Positions 36,538 to 45,654 of a stretch of 64,000 nt of DNA are shown in pieces; position 1 is the first letter of the stretch, and each line of letters begins with the position of its first letter. Under the pieces are notes generated by a model. That model did no database searches. It was not told the DNA's origin and worked only from the letters and a program-made list of their open reading frames with translations. A program made the translations under genes and the position numbers. Origin of the DNA: an uncultured bacterium (GTDB lineage: Bacteria > Auribacterota > Erginobacteria > Erginobacterales > CAZKCI01); contig CAZKCI010000121.1 in NCBI GenBank assembly GCA_964551475.1, forward strand, positions 14,308 through 78,307, given 5' to 3'.

Positions 36538-36600
36538 GATGTAGGCCCGCTCTGTGAGCGGGCGTTTCGCCGCCGCCTCACAGAGGCGGCCTACACATAG
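36538..36600. repeat. GTAG-type REP pair (family E)
   Basis: tgtaggcccgctctgtgagcgggcg ... cgccgcctcacagaggcggcctaca. Confidence 0.85.
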
Positions 36601-36612
36601 GTTTTATCGATC

Positions 36613-37563
36613 ATGGGGGCGAGAAGACAGCATTCTTATCCGGACCTCCTGCGCGTCGTCTATCGGACCTTCGACTCCCGTCAGATCGCGATCACGGGAC
36701 TGGGGCTTTTCTTCGCCCTCCTCTCCGCCTACGCTTTCTCCACCCTGGCTTATTTCGCTCAGGGCTCCCTCACCTTCCTCCCCTGGTTCCTGAACCTCCT
36801 GGGGGCGATCTCCTTTTATCTCGTCCTGATCGTCTTCTCCGGCCCCGTCACCTACCTCGCCCTCCAGGAAAACACGGGGGGCGGCGGCGGATTGGGCTCC
36901 GCCCTCCGGCTGGGCATCCGCTACGGCCCCCGCCTCCTGCGCGCCCCCTTGAGCGTCCTCTCCTCCCTCCTCCTCTGCCTGATCCTGCTCGCGGTCCTGA
37001 TCTCGCTCGGCCTGCTTCCCCGGGCCGGGACCGTGATCTGGTCGCTCCTGATCGTCCCCCAGTTCCTCATCTCCCTCTTCATCGTGATCGGCGTCCTCAC
37101 GCTGCTGGCGGGAACGCTCCTCCTCCCCTCCATCATCATCGACCGGGAGATCCCCGCCCGGCGGGCTTTTCAGGAGCTCACCGCCCTGATCAAAGGCCGC
37201 TTCTTCACCTTCTGGGGATACATCTTCACCATCCTTTTCCTCACCGCAGCCTACTTCGCGGTTGCCACCATCGTTCTGATCGGCGCTCTCTCGGTTTTCT
37301 TCGCCCTCTCCGCCTCCATCTTGGGAGACATGCCGGGAAAGGTGATCATGAACATCCCCCCCTTCTTCCACAAGGTGGCGCCCATCCTGGAGACCGCCCT
37401 GCCCATGCCCTCGTCTCTCCCCCCCGCCTCTCCCCTCCTCTCCTTGAGCGGGGCGATCGCGGGTTTCTCCCTCCTCATCATCTACGTCATCTGGCTCTCC
37501 TATCCCGTCCTCTACGCCATAAACTCCGGCGTGGTGGCCTACCTGGCTTTGACCCGGGATTGA
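36613..37563 (+). CDS. Hypothetical integral membrane protein (about 7 TM helices)
   Basis: Hydrophobic ORF with GGGGG-containing loop; no family assignment. Confidence 0.5.
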   Translation: MGARRQHSYPDLLRVVYRTFDSRQIAITGLGLFFALLSAYAFSTLAYFAQGSLTFLPWFLNLLGAISFYLVLIVFSGPVTYLALQENTGGGGGLGSALRLGIRYGPRLLRAPLSVLSSLLLCLILLAVLISLGLLPRAGTVIWSLLIVPQFLISLFIVIGVLTLLAGTLLLPSIIIDREIPARRAFQELTALIKGRFFTFWGYIFTILFLTAAYFAVATIVLIGALSVFFALSASILGDMPGKVIMNIPPFFHKVAPILETALPMPSSLPPASPLLSLSGAIAGFSLLIIYVIWLSYPVLYAINSGVVAYLALTRD

Positions 37564-38275
37564 CACAACCCCTTCGGGGTTGATGGCGGCATCGGCTCCC
37601 CCAACCCGGGGTAGCGCCTCCGGCGCAACCCCGGGCTATGCGATGGAATCCCGTTGGGATTCGGCCTCCGGCGACAATGCCAAAAGATCTGGATTGGGAA
37701 TCGATGCCGGAAAACGCTGTTCGACGACGGCTGGTCCCAACAAAATCATCTTCGATCACCCAGACGTCTTGCCCCTGTGAACGCCACTTTGAAAGTTATC
37801 TTCTTCACCCGGTTTGAAATCTCCCTTTCGGGCCGGCGGTCACATGCCCCAACGGGGCAACGTCCCCTAGCCCAGGGTTGCGCCGGAGGCGCTACCCTGG
37901 GTAAACGACACGCATCGCCAGGCCAACCCCAACGGGGTTGTGTCCCCTAGCCCAGGGTTGCGCCGGAGGCGCTACCCTGGGTAAACGGCGCGCAACGACA
38001 GGCCAACCCCAACGGGGTTGCATCCCCTAGCCCAGGGTTGCGCCGGAGGCGCTACCCTGGGTAAACGACACGCAGCGCCAGGCCAACCCCGACGGGGTTG
38101 CGTCCCCTAGCCCAGGGTTGCGCCGGAGGCGCTACCCTGGGTAAACGGCGCGCAACGACAGGCCAACCCCAACGGGGTTGTGTCCCCTAGCCCAGGGTTG
38201 CGCCGGAGGCGCTACCCTGGGTAAACGACACGCAACGACAACCAACCCCAACGGGGTTGCATCAAAGGAGAACGG
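37560..38275. repeat. REP array upstream of the RAYT: one inverted-orientation unit (37560-37690), a diverged spacer, then five tandem 80-bp structured units
   Basis: Unit cccctagcccagggttgcgccggaggcgctaccctgggtaaacgacacgcaacgacaggccaaccccaacggggttgcgt; contains nested hairpins and a GTAG (as CTAC) tetranucleotide. Confidence 0.9.
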
Positions 38276-38277
38276 CT

Positions 38278-38733
38278 ATGCCACAATCGTTGTCATGCGT
38301 CTACGTCCACCTGGTATTTTCGACGAAAAATCGGGTCCCTTTCATTCGGGAGATGGCGCTACGCGCGGAATTGCAGGCCTATCTGGGCGGGATTTCCAAG
38401 ACATTGGAATGCCCGCCAACCATTGTCGGCGGAACGGATGATCACGTACACATGTTGTGTCGTTTGGGGCGGACGATCGCGCAGGCGAATTGGGTCAAGG
38501 AGGTCAAGCGCGTGTCCAGCGCCTGGATCAAGCAACACGATCCGACGCTGGCGGATTTTGCCTGGCAGACCGGATATGGCGCGTTTTCGGTAAGCGTGTC
38601 AAATCTGGAAAAGGTCCAGGCATATATCTCCAACCAGGAAGAACATCATCGTCAACAATCCTTTCAGGACGAATACCGTGCGTTTCTGAAAAAACACGGC
38701 TTGGAATGCGATGAACGGTATATGTGGGATTGA
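38278..38733 (+). CDS. REP-associated tyrosine transposase (RAYT; IS200/IS605-like Y1 HUH transposase TnpA-REP)
   Basis: HUH motif DDHVHMLCRL, catalytic Tyr in AWQTGYGAFSVS, about 150 aa, flanked on both sides by REP arrays; AAAGGAGA RBS 6 nt before ATG 38278. Confidence 0.85.
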   Translation: MPQSLSCVYVHLVFSTKNRVPFIREMALRAELQAYLGGISKTLECPPTIVGGTDDHVHMLCRLGRTIAQANWVKEVKRVSSAWIKQHDPTLADFAWQTGYGAFSVSVSNLEKVQAYISNQEEHHRQQSFQDEYRAFLKKHGLECDERYMWD

Positions 38734-38739
38734 TAGGTG

Positions 38740-39430
38740 TTGACACAACCCCTTCGGGGTTGACGGGGATATTGCTCTCGTATACCCGGGGTAGCGCCTT
38801 CGGCGCAACCCCGGGCTACATGACAGAATCCCTTTGGGATTCGTCCCCCGCAATTGCCCAAAAGGGGCAATGTCCCCTGGCCAAGCATTGCGCCAAAATC
38901 GTCCGATGGAATCCTATTGGGTATTCGGCTCCTGCAACAACGCTGGGATGCCGAGTACGGAAACCTCACCTGCAACACCATCCCAAACAATATTGTGAGG
39001 CATTCGTTAACCCCAACGGGGTTGCGTCTCCTAGCCCAGGGTTGCGCCGAAGGCGCTACCCTGGGTAAACGACACGCAACGACAGGCCAACCCCAACAGG
39101 GTTGCGTCTCCTAGCCCAGGGTTGCGCCGGAGGCGCTACCCTGGGTAAACGGCGCGCAACGACAGGCCAACCCCAACGGGGTTGCGTCTCCTAGCCCAGG
39201 GTTGCGCCGAAGGCGCTACCCTGGGTTAACGACACGCAACGACAGGCCAACCCCAACGGGGTTGCGTCCCCTAGCCCAGGGTTGCGCCGAAGGCGCTACC
39301 CTGGGTAAACGGCGCGCAACGACAGGCCAACCCCAACGGGGTTGCGTCCCCTAGCCCAGGGTTGCGCCGAAGGCGCTACCCTGGGTTAACGACACGCAAC
39401 GACAGGCCAACCCCAACGGGGTTGCGTCCC
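38740..39430. repeat. REP array downstream of the RAYT: inverted-orientation unit (38740-38870), a diverged spacer, then five tandem 80-bp units
   Basis: Same unit as the upstream array; 38740-38870 and 37560-37690 share ttgacacaaccccttcggggttga...cccggggtagcgcc. Confidence 0.9.
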
Positions 39431-39431
39431 T

Positions 39432-40529
39432 CTATCCCGTGATCGGGGCGGGGACAAAGGAGAGGAGGAGGATCAGAAAGACCAGCCAGCCGAGGAGCCT
39501 CCGGCGGGGATCGAGGGGGGTGACGTCGTCGAGCGGCGGGGGATGGCGGATCCCCATGAGCAGGATCACCAACACCCAGACCAGCCAGCCCTCCCAGAAG
39601 ACGATCCCGAGGAGAACGAGGATCGCGATGAAAATCCGGGCGATCAGGGGATGTTTTGCGCCGAAGAGGGCGTAGGCGATATGGCCCCCGTCGAGCTGGC
39701 CGATGGGGAAGAGGTTGATCGCGGTGACCATGAGTCCCACCCAGCCGGCGAAGGAGACCGCGCCGATCATGATGTCCTGGCCGGGGGCGAGGTGGGGGAA
39801 GCGCAGGCCGAAGATGAACTTGGTGAGGAGCGAATCGCCGAAGTAGATCGCCGCCGGTCCCGGAGGGATTTCGGCGAGCTTGAGCTCGGAAAGGCCGACG
39901 AAGAGTGCGGCGGCGGAGAGGACGAAGGAGGCGATCGGCCCGGCGATCCCCACGTCGAAGAGGCTCTTCCGGTTCGGGAAAGGGGAGCGGCTGACGATCA
40001 GGGCGCCCATCGTCCCGAAGAGGTTCGGGAAGGGGATGAAATAGGGAAGGGACGACTTCACGCCGTGGCGCAGCGAGACGAGGTAGTGGGAGAACTCGTG
40101 GCAGAGAAGTATGGAGAGGAGAGTGAGGGAGAAGGGCCAGCCCCGCAGAAGCAGGAGGGGGCGGGCCATCAGCTCCTGGGCGCCGATCTCCTGGAAGGCG
40201 ACGCCGACGAAGAGCGTGCTGACGACCGTGGCGAGAAACAGGAGGAGATGGACGAGGGGACGGCCGGGTTTCCGTTCCGTCCGCGCGGGGGCGAACTTGA
40301 GCGCCGTCCCCCGTTTGTCCCGCGCCAGGAAGACCAGCAGGCCGAAGGGCGCTGTCTTCTCGCGGATGATCCGGAAGGCCTGATCGGAGGGGAGCCTGAG
40401 CGCGCCCCGAAAGACGAGAAAGGGGCCCTCGTAACCCCGGTCGGATATCTCCATCACCCCGGCGACGAGGTCGGGAAGTTCCCACTGGATATCGTACGAG
40501 GGAGAGTTTATTGCGTCTTGCTCGCTCAT
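39432..40529 (-). CDS. Site-2 protease family (M50) membrane metalloprotease
   Basis: HEFSHY (HExxH) in a TM helix, downstream LDGGH motif. Confidence 0.85.
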   Translation of the reverse strand: MSEQDAINSPSYDIQWELPDLVAGVMEISDRGYEGPFLVFRGALRLPSDQAFRIIREKTAPFGLLVFLARDKRGTALKFAPARTERKPGRPLVHLLLFLATVVSTLFVGVAFQEIGAQELMARPLLLLRGWPFSLTLLSILLCHEFSHYLVSLRHGVKSSLPYFIPFPNLFGTMGALIVSRSPFPNRKSLFDVGIAGPIASFVLSAAALFVGLSELKLAEIPPGPAAIYFGDSLLTKFIFGLRFPHLAPGQDIMIGAVSFAGWVGLMVTAINLFPIGQLDGGHIAYALFGAKHPLIARIFIAILVLLGIVFWEGWLVWVLVILLMGIRHPPPLDDVTPLDPRRRLLGWLVFLILLLSFVPAPITG

Positions 40530-40554
40530 TCAGTAACTGATCACTGATAACTGA

Positions 40555-40854
40555 TCACTGGTTGATCCCCGGCACTACCTCTCCTTCCGGCAGGGCGGCG
40601 CGGAGCTCATCGTACAGCCGCGACGGATCGCCGGACGGATATTTCTCGTAGCGGACCTTTTCCCAGCCGACACCGATCAGCCCCCAGAGAATTGCCGCCA
40701 GAACACCGATCAGCAACCACCTTTCCTGGACGGTGAGGCGGTCGAGACGGGTCAGCGATAAAAAGCGTTCCTCCGCCGCGATCAGTCGTTGACGAAGGGA
40801 AGACAGGACGCGGGAGAGAGAACGGTCCTGGGCGTCGGGCGCAATCATGAGCAC
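40555..40854 (-). CDS. Small hypothetical membrane protein
   Basis: 99 aa with one central TM helix; lies directly upstream (in transcription order) of the M50 gene. Confidence 0.4.
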   Translation of the reverse strand: MLMIAPDAQDRSLSRVLSSLRQRLIAAEERFLSLTRLDRLTVQERWLLIGVLAAILWGLIGVGWEKVRYEKYPSGDPSRLYDELRAALPEGEVVPGINQ

Positions 40855-40885
40855 GGCCGCCTCTGGCGCGCGGATGACCGGCCGA

Positions 40886-43483
40886 TCAGGCGCGCGGCCG
40901 GATAACGATGTTGATCAGGCGGCGGGGGACGACGACCACCTTGATCACCTCACCGGCGATGAAGGGTTTTACCCGCTCGTCCGTAAGGGCCCGGGCGCGA
41001 ATCGACTCCTCGTCCAGATCGGCGGGGACGGTGACGCGTCCGCGCACCTTGCCGTTGACCTGGACCGCCATCTCCACTTCCTCCACCACCAGGGCGGCCG
41101 CGTCGGCCGCGGGCCAGGAGGAACGAAAAACCGATTTTTCGTGGCCGAGCGCCCGCCAGAGCTCCTCGCCGATGTGGGGAACGAAGGGGGCGAGGCAGAG
41201 CACCGCCGCCTCCAGCGCATCCCTCATAACCTTAAGATCGATCTCGCGCCCCTTTTCTTGCACGGAGGCGTCGAAAGTATAGGCTTCGTTGGTGAGCTCC
41301 ATCACGGCGGCGATCGCGGTGTTGAAGTGGAAAGCCCCCTCCATGTCCCGGCTCACCCGGGCGATCGTCTGGTGGGTCTTGCGGGCGAGCTCCTTCTCGG
41401 CGGGAGTCATCGCCGCCCGGTCGACCGGCTTGCGGTCGAGCGAGTTTAGCGACGGGGCGGTCTCCTGGACCTTCTTCCAGAGGCGCTTCAGAAAGCGGGA
41501 GGCCCCTTCCATCGCCTGGTCGTTCCACTCGGCGTCCTTCTCCGGCGGGCCGATAAAGAGGGTGTAGAGGCGGACGGCGTCGGCGCCGTACTCGGCGATG
41601 AGCTTATCCGGCGGCACGACGTTCAGGCGGGACTTGCTCATCTTCTCCATCCGCGCCTCCACCGCCGCGCCGGTCTTGATATCCACCGCTTTCCCGTTCT
41701 CGAAGCGGACCTGGTCCGGTGAGAGGTAGCCCCGCTCCGGCGAATAGTAGGCCTCCTTGCAGATCATCCCCTGCGTGAAGAGGTTCCGGAACGGCTCGGA
41801 GAAACCGAGCAGGCCGGAGTCGCAGAGCACCTTGGCGAAGAAGCGGGCGTAGATCAGGTGCATCGTCGCGTGCTCGACGCCGCCGATGTACTGGTCCACG
41901 GGAAGCCAGCGGTTGCAGAGGTCGGTGTCGAAGGCCTGGGTGCTGTCCCGGGGCGTGAGATAGCGGAGGAAATACCAGGAGGAGTCGACGAAGGTGTCCA
42001 TGGTGTCGGTCTCGCGGACCGCCTTGCCCCCGCACTCCGGGCAGACCGTGTTCTTGAACTCCTCGGAAAGGGCGAGCGGCGACTGGCCGGTGGGAACGAA
42101 ATTGACCTCCCGGGGGAGGAGGACGGGGAGGTCCTTGACCGGGACGGGCACCGCCCCGCATTCCTCGCAGTAGATGATGGGGATGGGCGCGCCCCAGTAG
42201 CGCTGGCGGGAGAGAAGCCAGTCGCGCAGGCGGTAGTGGACGACCGCGTGCCCCAGCTTCTCCTCCGCAAGCCACTCGGTGACATCCCGCTTTCCCTCCC
42301 GGGCGGGCGTGCCGGCGAAGGGACCGGAGTCGACCATCGTTCCTTCGTCCACGTCTTCGTAAGCCTCGGAGAGGGGCTGGCCGTCCCAGTCCGGCGGGGC
42401 GATGACCACCCGGACGGCAAGACCGTGGGCGGAGGCGAAGTCGAAATCCCTCCGGTCGTGGGCGGGGACGGCCATGATCGCCCCCGTCCCGTAGGTCATC
42501 ATCACATAATCGGCGGCCCAGATCGGGATCTCCTCTCCGTTGACCGGGTTGATCGCCCAGGCCCCGGTGAAGACGCCGGTCTTCTCCTTGTCGGCGGACG
42601 AGCGCTCGATCTCCGTCTCCCGTCCGACCTCTTCCCGATAGATCCGGATCTTGCCCTTCTGCTCCGGCGAGGCGATCTCGTCGAGGAGCGGATGCTCCGG
42701 GGCCATGACCATGAAGGTCGCCCCCCAGAGTGTGTCGGGACGGGTGGTGAAGACCTTGAGCGACCGGCGGCGGCCCTTGACCCGGAATTCGACCTCCGCT
42801 CCCTCGCTCCGGCCGATCCAGTTCTCCTGCATGATCTTGACCCGCTCCGGCCAGCCGTCGAGCGTTTTCAGGTCGTCGAGCAGCCTCTGGGCGTAGGCGG
42901 TGATCCGGAAGAACCACTGTTCGAGGTTCTTCTTCTCCACCGTCGAACGGCAGCGCTCGCAGCGGCCGTCGATCACCTGCTCGTTGGCGAGCGAGGTGGA
43001 GCAGGAGGGGCACCAGTTGACCTCGGCCATTTTCTTATAGGCCAGCCCCCGGTCGAAGAAATGGAGGAAGAGCCACTGGGTCCAGCGGTAATACTCCGGG
43101 GAACAGGCGGAGATCTCCCGGTCCCAGTCGTAGCCCACCCCCCACTCCCCCATTTGCCGGTGCATGGTGGCGATGTTGCGGGCGGTGGAGTCGGCCGGGT
43201 GGACGCCGGACTTGATGGCGGCGTTCTCGGCCGGCAGCCCGAAAGAGTCCCAGCCCATGGGGGCGAGCACGTTGTACCCCTTCATCATCTGGTAGCGGGC
43301 GACGGCGTCGCCGATGATGTAGTTCCGCCCGTGGCCGACGTGGAGGGCGGCCGAGGGATAGGGGAACATCATCAGGCAGTAGAACTTCTTCTCCGTCCGG
43401 GAGAGATCGGTCCGAAAGAGGCCGATCTCGTCCCAGTAGGCGCGCCACTTCTTCTCGATGGCCGTGAAGTCGTAGTCGTTCAT
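40886..43483 (-). CDS. leuS: Leucine--tRNA ligase
   Basis: HIGH-type (HVGHGRNY) and KMSKS motifs; 865 aa; editing domain present. Confidence 0.95.
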   Translation of the reverse strand: MNDYDFTAIEKKWRAYWDEIGLFRTDLSRTEKKFYCLMMFPYPSAALHVGHGRNYIIGDAVARYQMMKGYNVLAPMGWDSFGLPAENAAIKSGVHPADSTARNIATMHRQMGEWGVGYDWDREISACSPEYYRWTQWLFLHFFDRGLAYKKMAEVNWCPSCSTSLANEQVIDGRCERCRSTVEKKNLEQWFFRITAYAQRLLDDLKTLDGWPERVKIMQENWIGRSEGAEVEFRVKGRRRSLKVFTTRPDTLWGATFMVMAPEHPLLDEIASPEQKGKIRIYREEVGRETEIERSSADKEKTGVFTGAWAINPVNGEEIPIWAADYVMMTYGTGAIMAVPAHDRRDFDFASAHGLAVRVVIAPPDWDGQPLSEAYEDVDEGTMVDSGPFAGTPAREGKRDVTEWLAEEKLGHAVVHYRLRDWLLSRQRYWGAPIPIIYCEECGAVPVPVKDLPVLLPREVNFVPTGQSPLALSEEFKNTVCPECGGKAVRETDTMDTFVDSSWYFLRYLTPRDSTQAFDTDLCNRWLPVDQYIGGVEHATMHLIYARFFAKVLCDSGLLGFSEPFRNLFTQGMICKEAYYSPERGYLSPDQVRFENGKAVDIKTGAAVEARMEKMSKSRLNVVPPDKLIAEYGADAVRLYTLFIGPPEKDAEWNDQAMEGASRFLKRLWKKVQETAPSLNSLDRKPVDRAAMTPAEKELARKTHQTIARVSRDMEGAFHFNTAIAAVMELTNEAYTFDASVQEKGREIDLKVMRDALEAAVLCLAPFVPHIGEELWRALGHEKSVFRSSWPAADAAALVVEEVEMAVQVNGKVRGRVTVPADLDEESIRARALTDERVKPFIAGEVIKVVVVPRRLINIVIRPRA

Positions 43484-43630
43484 GGTTGGGGTTATGATAC
43501 CATTCCCGCGGGGCTATTCAACGACGGAGTGGCGCGTTCCGTCCCGCGGACCTGGAAGGTCCGCGGCTACGGACGCCATCATCGCAACGTAGACGCGGAC
43601 CTTTAGGTCCGCGTTGTCAGGAGGGAGCGG

Positions 43631-44353
43631 ATGAACGCGAACACCTACGCTGCTATCGGCGAATCCTTCCCTCCCCTCTCCTCACGGGAACCGGATGCCG
43701 CTTTCGTTGCCCGCTGGGAGAGGGAGAACGAGCGCCTGCGGGAGATCGTCCTGTCGGTCAAGGCCGCCGATGAAAAGGTCAAGGATGAGGTTTTGCGGGC
43801 GGGCCTGATGGACCCCCGAAATGCCGTCATCCGGGAGGAGATCAAGTCCTTCTGCGCCATCCCCTACCGGCGTCGGGAGGGACCGCTCGCCCCCTGCGAG
43901 GGAATCACCTACGGTTGGAAAGGCTGTCCACCCCATTCCCCTCCGGTCGCTGAAACCATCTCGCTCCTGCGCTCCGCCTCCGCCTTCCTCATCCTTCAAT
44001 TCAGCGGCCTCAAGCATCACTCCTTCCAGAAGCACATCCACGAGTTCACGCTCTCGCTGGAAGCGGTTCTCCGGGGAAAGGGATGGAAGGTTCTTCAGAG
44101 CTACAGCACCGGCCCCTGCCGTCTCTGCGCCAAGGGGTGCGCCGAAAGCGGGGACTGCCGTCAGCCTCAGAGGAGACGCTTCGCCCTGGAGTCCTGCGGT
44201 TTCTGGGTGAAGAGCCTCTGCCGGGCGGCCGCCCGCTTTCCCCTCTGCGGAGACGGGGAGTGGGAGATTGAGTGGATCCGGGACTGGAACCTGCCCTCCC
44301 AGTCCCCCCCTACCTACCGGGCGGTGACGGGGATACTGCTGGTACATGGGTGA
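43631..44353 (+). CDS. Cys-rich predicted metal-binding protein (DUF2284-like)
   Basis: Several Cys pairs (CEGITYGWKGC, CRLCAKGCAESGDC, CGFWVKSLC). Confidence 0.6.
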   Translation: MNANTYAAIGESFPPLSSREPDAAFVARWERENERLREIVLSVKAADEKVKDEVLRAGLMDPRNAVIREEIKSFCAIPYRRREGPLAPCEGITYGWKGCPPHSPPVAETISLLRSASAFLILQFSGLKHHSFQKHIHEFTLSLEAVLRGKGWKVLQSYSTGPCRLCAKGCAESGDCRQPQRRRFALESCGFWVKSLCRAAARFPLCGDGEWEIEWIRDWNLPSQSPPTYRAVTGILLVHG

Positions 44354-44651
44354 AGGTTAGGAAGTGGGTCTGGGGGATAGGTCAGGGTCAGGTTAGGCCA
44401 GACGGGCTACACTATTAACCTTACCCATTTACCAGACCATCATCCTTACCCTGACCCATCGACCCCGATGGCAAATGGGTAAGGGTCAGGAAGTGGGCCT
44501 GGGGGATGGGTCAGGGTCAGGTGGGGCCAGACGGGCTACACTATTAACCTTACCCATTTACCAGACCATCATCCTTACCCTGACCCATCGACCCCGATGG
44601 TACATGGGTAAGGGTCAGGAAGTGGGTCTGGGGGATGGGTCAGGTCGATGG
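44341..44651. repeat. About 129-bp structured tandem repeat, 2.4 copies, spanning the DUF2284 stop codon to the nfo stop codon
   Basis: Copies start at 44341, 44469 and 44599; each unit holds internal inverted segments (aaatgggtaagggtcagg... versus ...ccttaccctgacccat). Confidence 0.9.
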
Positions 44652-45494
44652 TGCGTCTCGGAATGATTTAAGGAGGGCGAGATTTCTCGGATCGTCCTCC
44701 GGCGTCTGCTTCGGCGTCTCGATGATGAAGGTCTTCTCCCGCAGGGCTTCGTGGCGGGCGATCCTCCGCATCCCGTCGAGACCGATCTTCCCCTCTCCGA
44801 TGTGCTCGTGGCGGTCGCTGTGGGAGTCGAAGCCGTACTTCGAGTCGTTGAAGTGGACGAGGAGGAGGCGGTCGAGGCCGAAGAAACGGTCGATCTCCTC
44901 GAGCGTCCGGTCGAGCCCCGCGGCGGTGGAGACGTCGTATCCGGAGACGAAGGCGTGGCAGGTGTCCAGGCAGAGGTGGAGGCGCTCGGAGACGCCGGAG
45001 CGGTCCATGATCTCGGCGATAAACTCGAAGCGGTGGCCGAGGCTCGACCCCGCGCTGGCGGTGTTTTCCAGGAGAACCTTCACGCCCGTATCGCCGACAC
45101 GGCGCAGGGCCTCGCCCAGGGCACCCGCCATCCGCTCGATACCGGCCGGAAAGCCGTTCCCACGGTGATAGCCGACGTGGGTGACGAACATCTCCGCCCC
45201 CAGAGAGCGGGCCCGCCCGAGATCGGTCTCGAAAAGATCCAGGGATTTGCGAAAGATCTCCTCGTCCGGGGAGGCGAGGTTGATCAGGTAGGGGGTGTGG
45301 ACGATGACCGGCCGGAGAGAGTGCTCCGCGCAGAGGGCGCGGAAGCGGCTCCCCTCGTCGGGGGCGAGGACCTTGACCTTCCAGCCCCGGGGATTGCCGC
45401 TGAAGATCTGGACCGCTTCGCAGCCGACCTCCAGCGCCCGGTCCACCGCCTTCTCCACCCCGCCGGTGATCGATATGTGGGCGCCGACTCTCAC
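44640..45494 (-). CDS. nfo: Endonuclease IV (deoxyribonuclease IV, AP endonuclease)
   Basis: Xylose-isomerase-like TIM barrel with HTPYLINLASP and metal-binding H/E/D residues. Confidence 0.9.
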   Translation of the reverse strand: MRVGAHISITGGVEKAVDRALEVGCEAVQIFSGNPRGWKVKVLAPDEGSRFRALCAEHSLRPVIVHTPYLINLASPDEEIFRKSLDLFETDLGRARSLGAEMFVTHVGYHRGNGFPAGIERMAGALGEALRRVGDTGVKVLLENTASAGSSLGHRFEFIAEIMDRSGVSERLHLCLDTCHAFVSGYDVSTAAGLDRTLEEIDRFFGLDRLLLVHFNDSKYGFDSHSDRHEHIGEGKIGLDGMRRIARHEALREKTFIIETPKQTPEDDPRNLALLKSFRDAPST

Positions 45495-45513
45495 GGCAAG
45501 ATAATTCCGCGGG

Positions 45514-45630
45514 CTGTAGGCCCGTTCTGCGAACGGGCGGCCGGGCTCGAACGCCGGTTCACAGAACCGGCCTACAGTCTCTGACGAAGCGTCCGCCCGC
45601 GGTCGGTAGGCCCGCTCTGCGAGCGGGCGT
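45514..45630. repeat. Three GTAG-type REP units in alternating orientation (family E) between nfo and the aminotransferase gene
   Basis: ctgtaggcccgttctgcgaacgggcgg / gccggttcacagaaccggcctacag / ggtaggcccgctctgcgagcgggcg. Confidence 0.85.
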
Positions 45631-45654
45631 GTGCGGGCCTTGGCTGCCGCTTAT

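Noticed and set aside
37580-37950. Small ORFs (37580-37780, 37654-37950, 38178-38441, 38724-39114) inside the REP arrays
   Set aside because: They lie entirely within repetitive REP units and their 'proteins' are repeat translations (…LAQGCAGGATLGKRHA…). They are not genes.
37860-39430. Possible CRISPR arrays (regular about 80-bp periodicity on both sides of a small gene)
   Set aside because: There are no unique spacers. The whole period is one repeated unit with a few point variants, the units are internally palindromic, and the central gene is a Y1/HUH transposase (RAYT) rather than a cas gene. This is a REP/BIME array.
43484-43630. T-box riboswitch upstream of leuS
   Set aside because: No T-box consensus (AAUUAGGGUGGNACCGCG-like) and no specifier-loop architecture is recognisable. 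Only two small GGACC hairpins are present.
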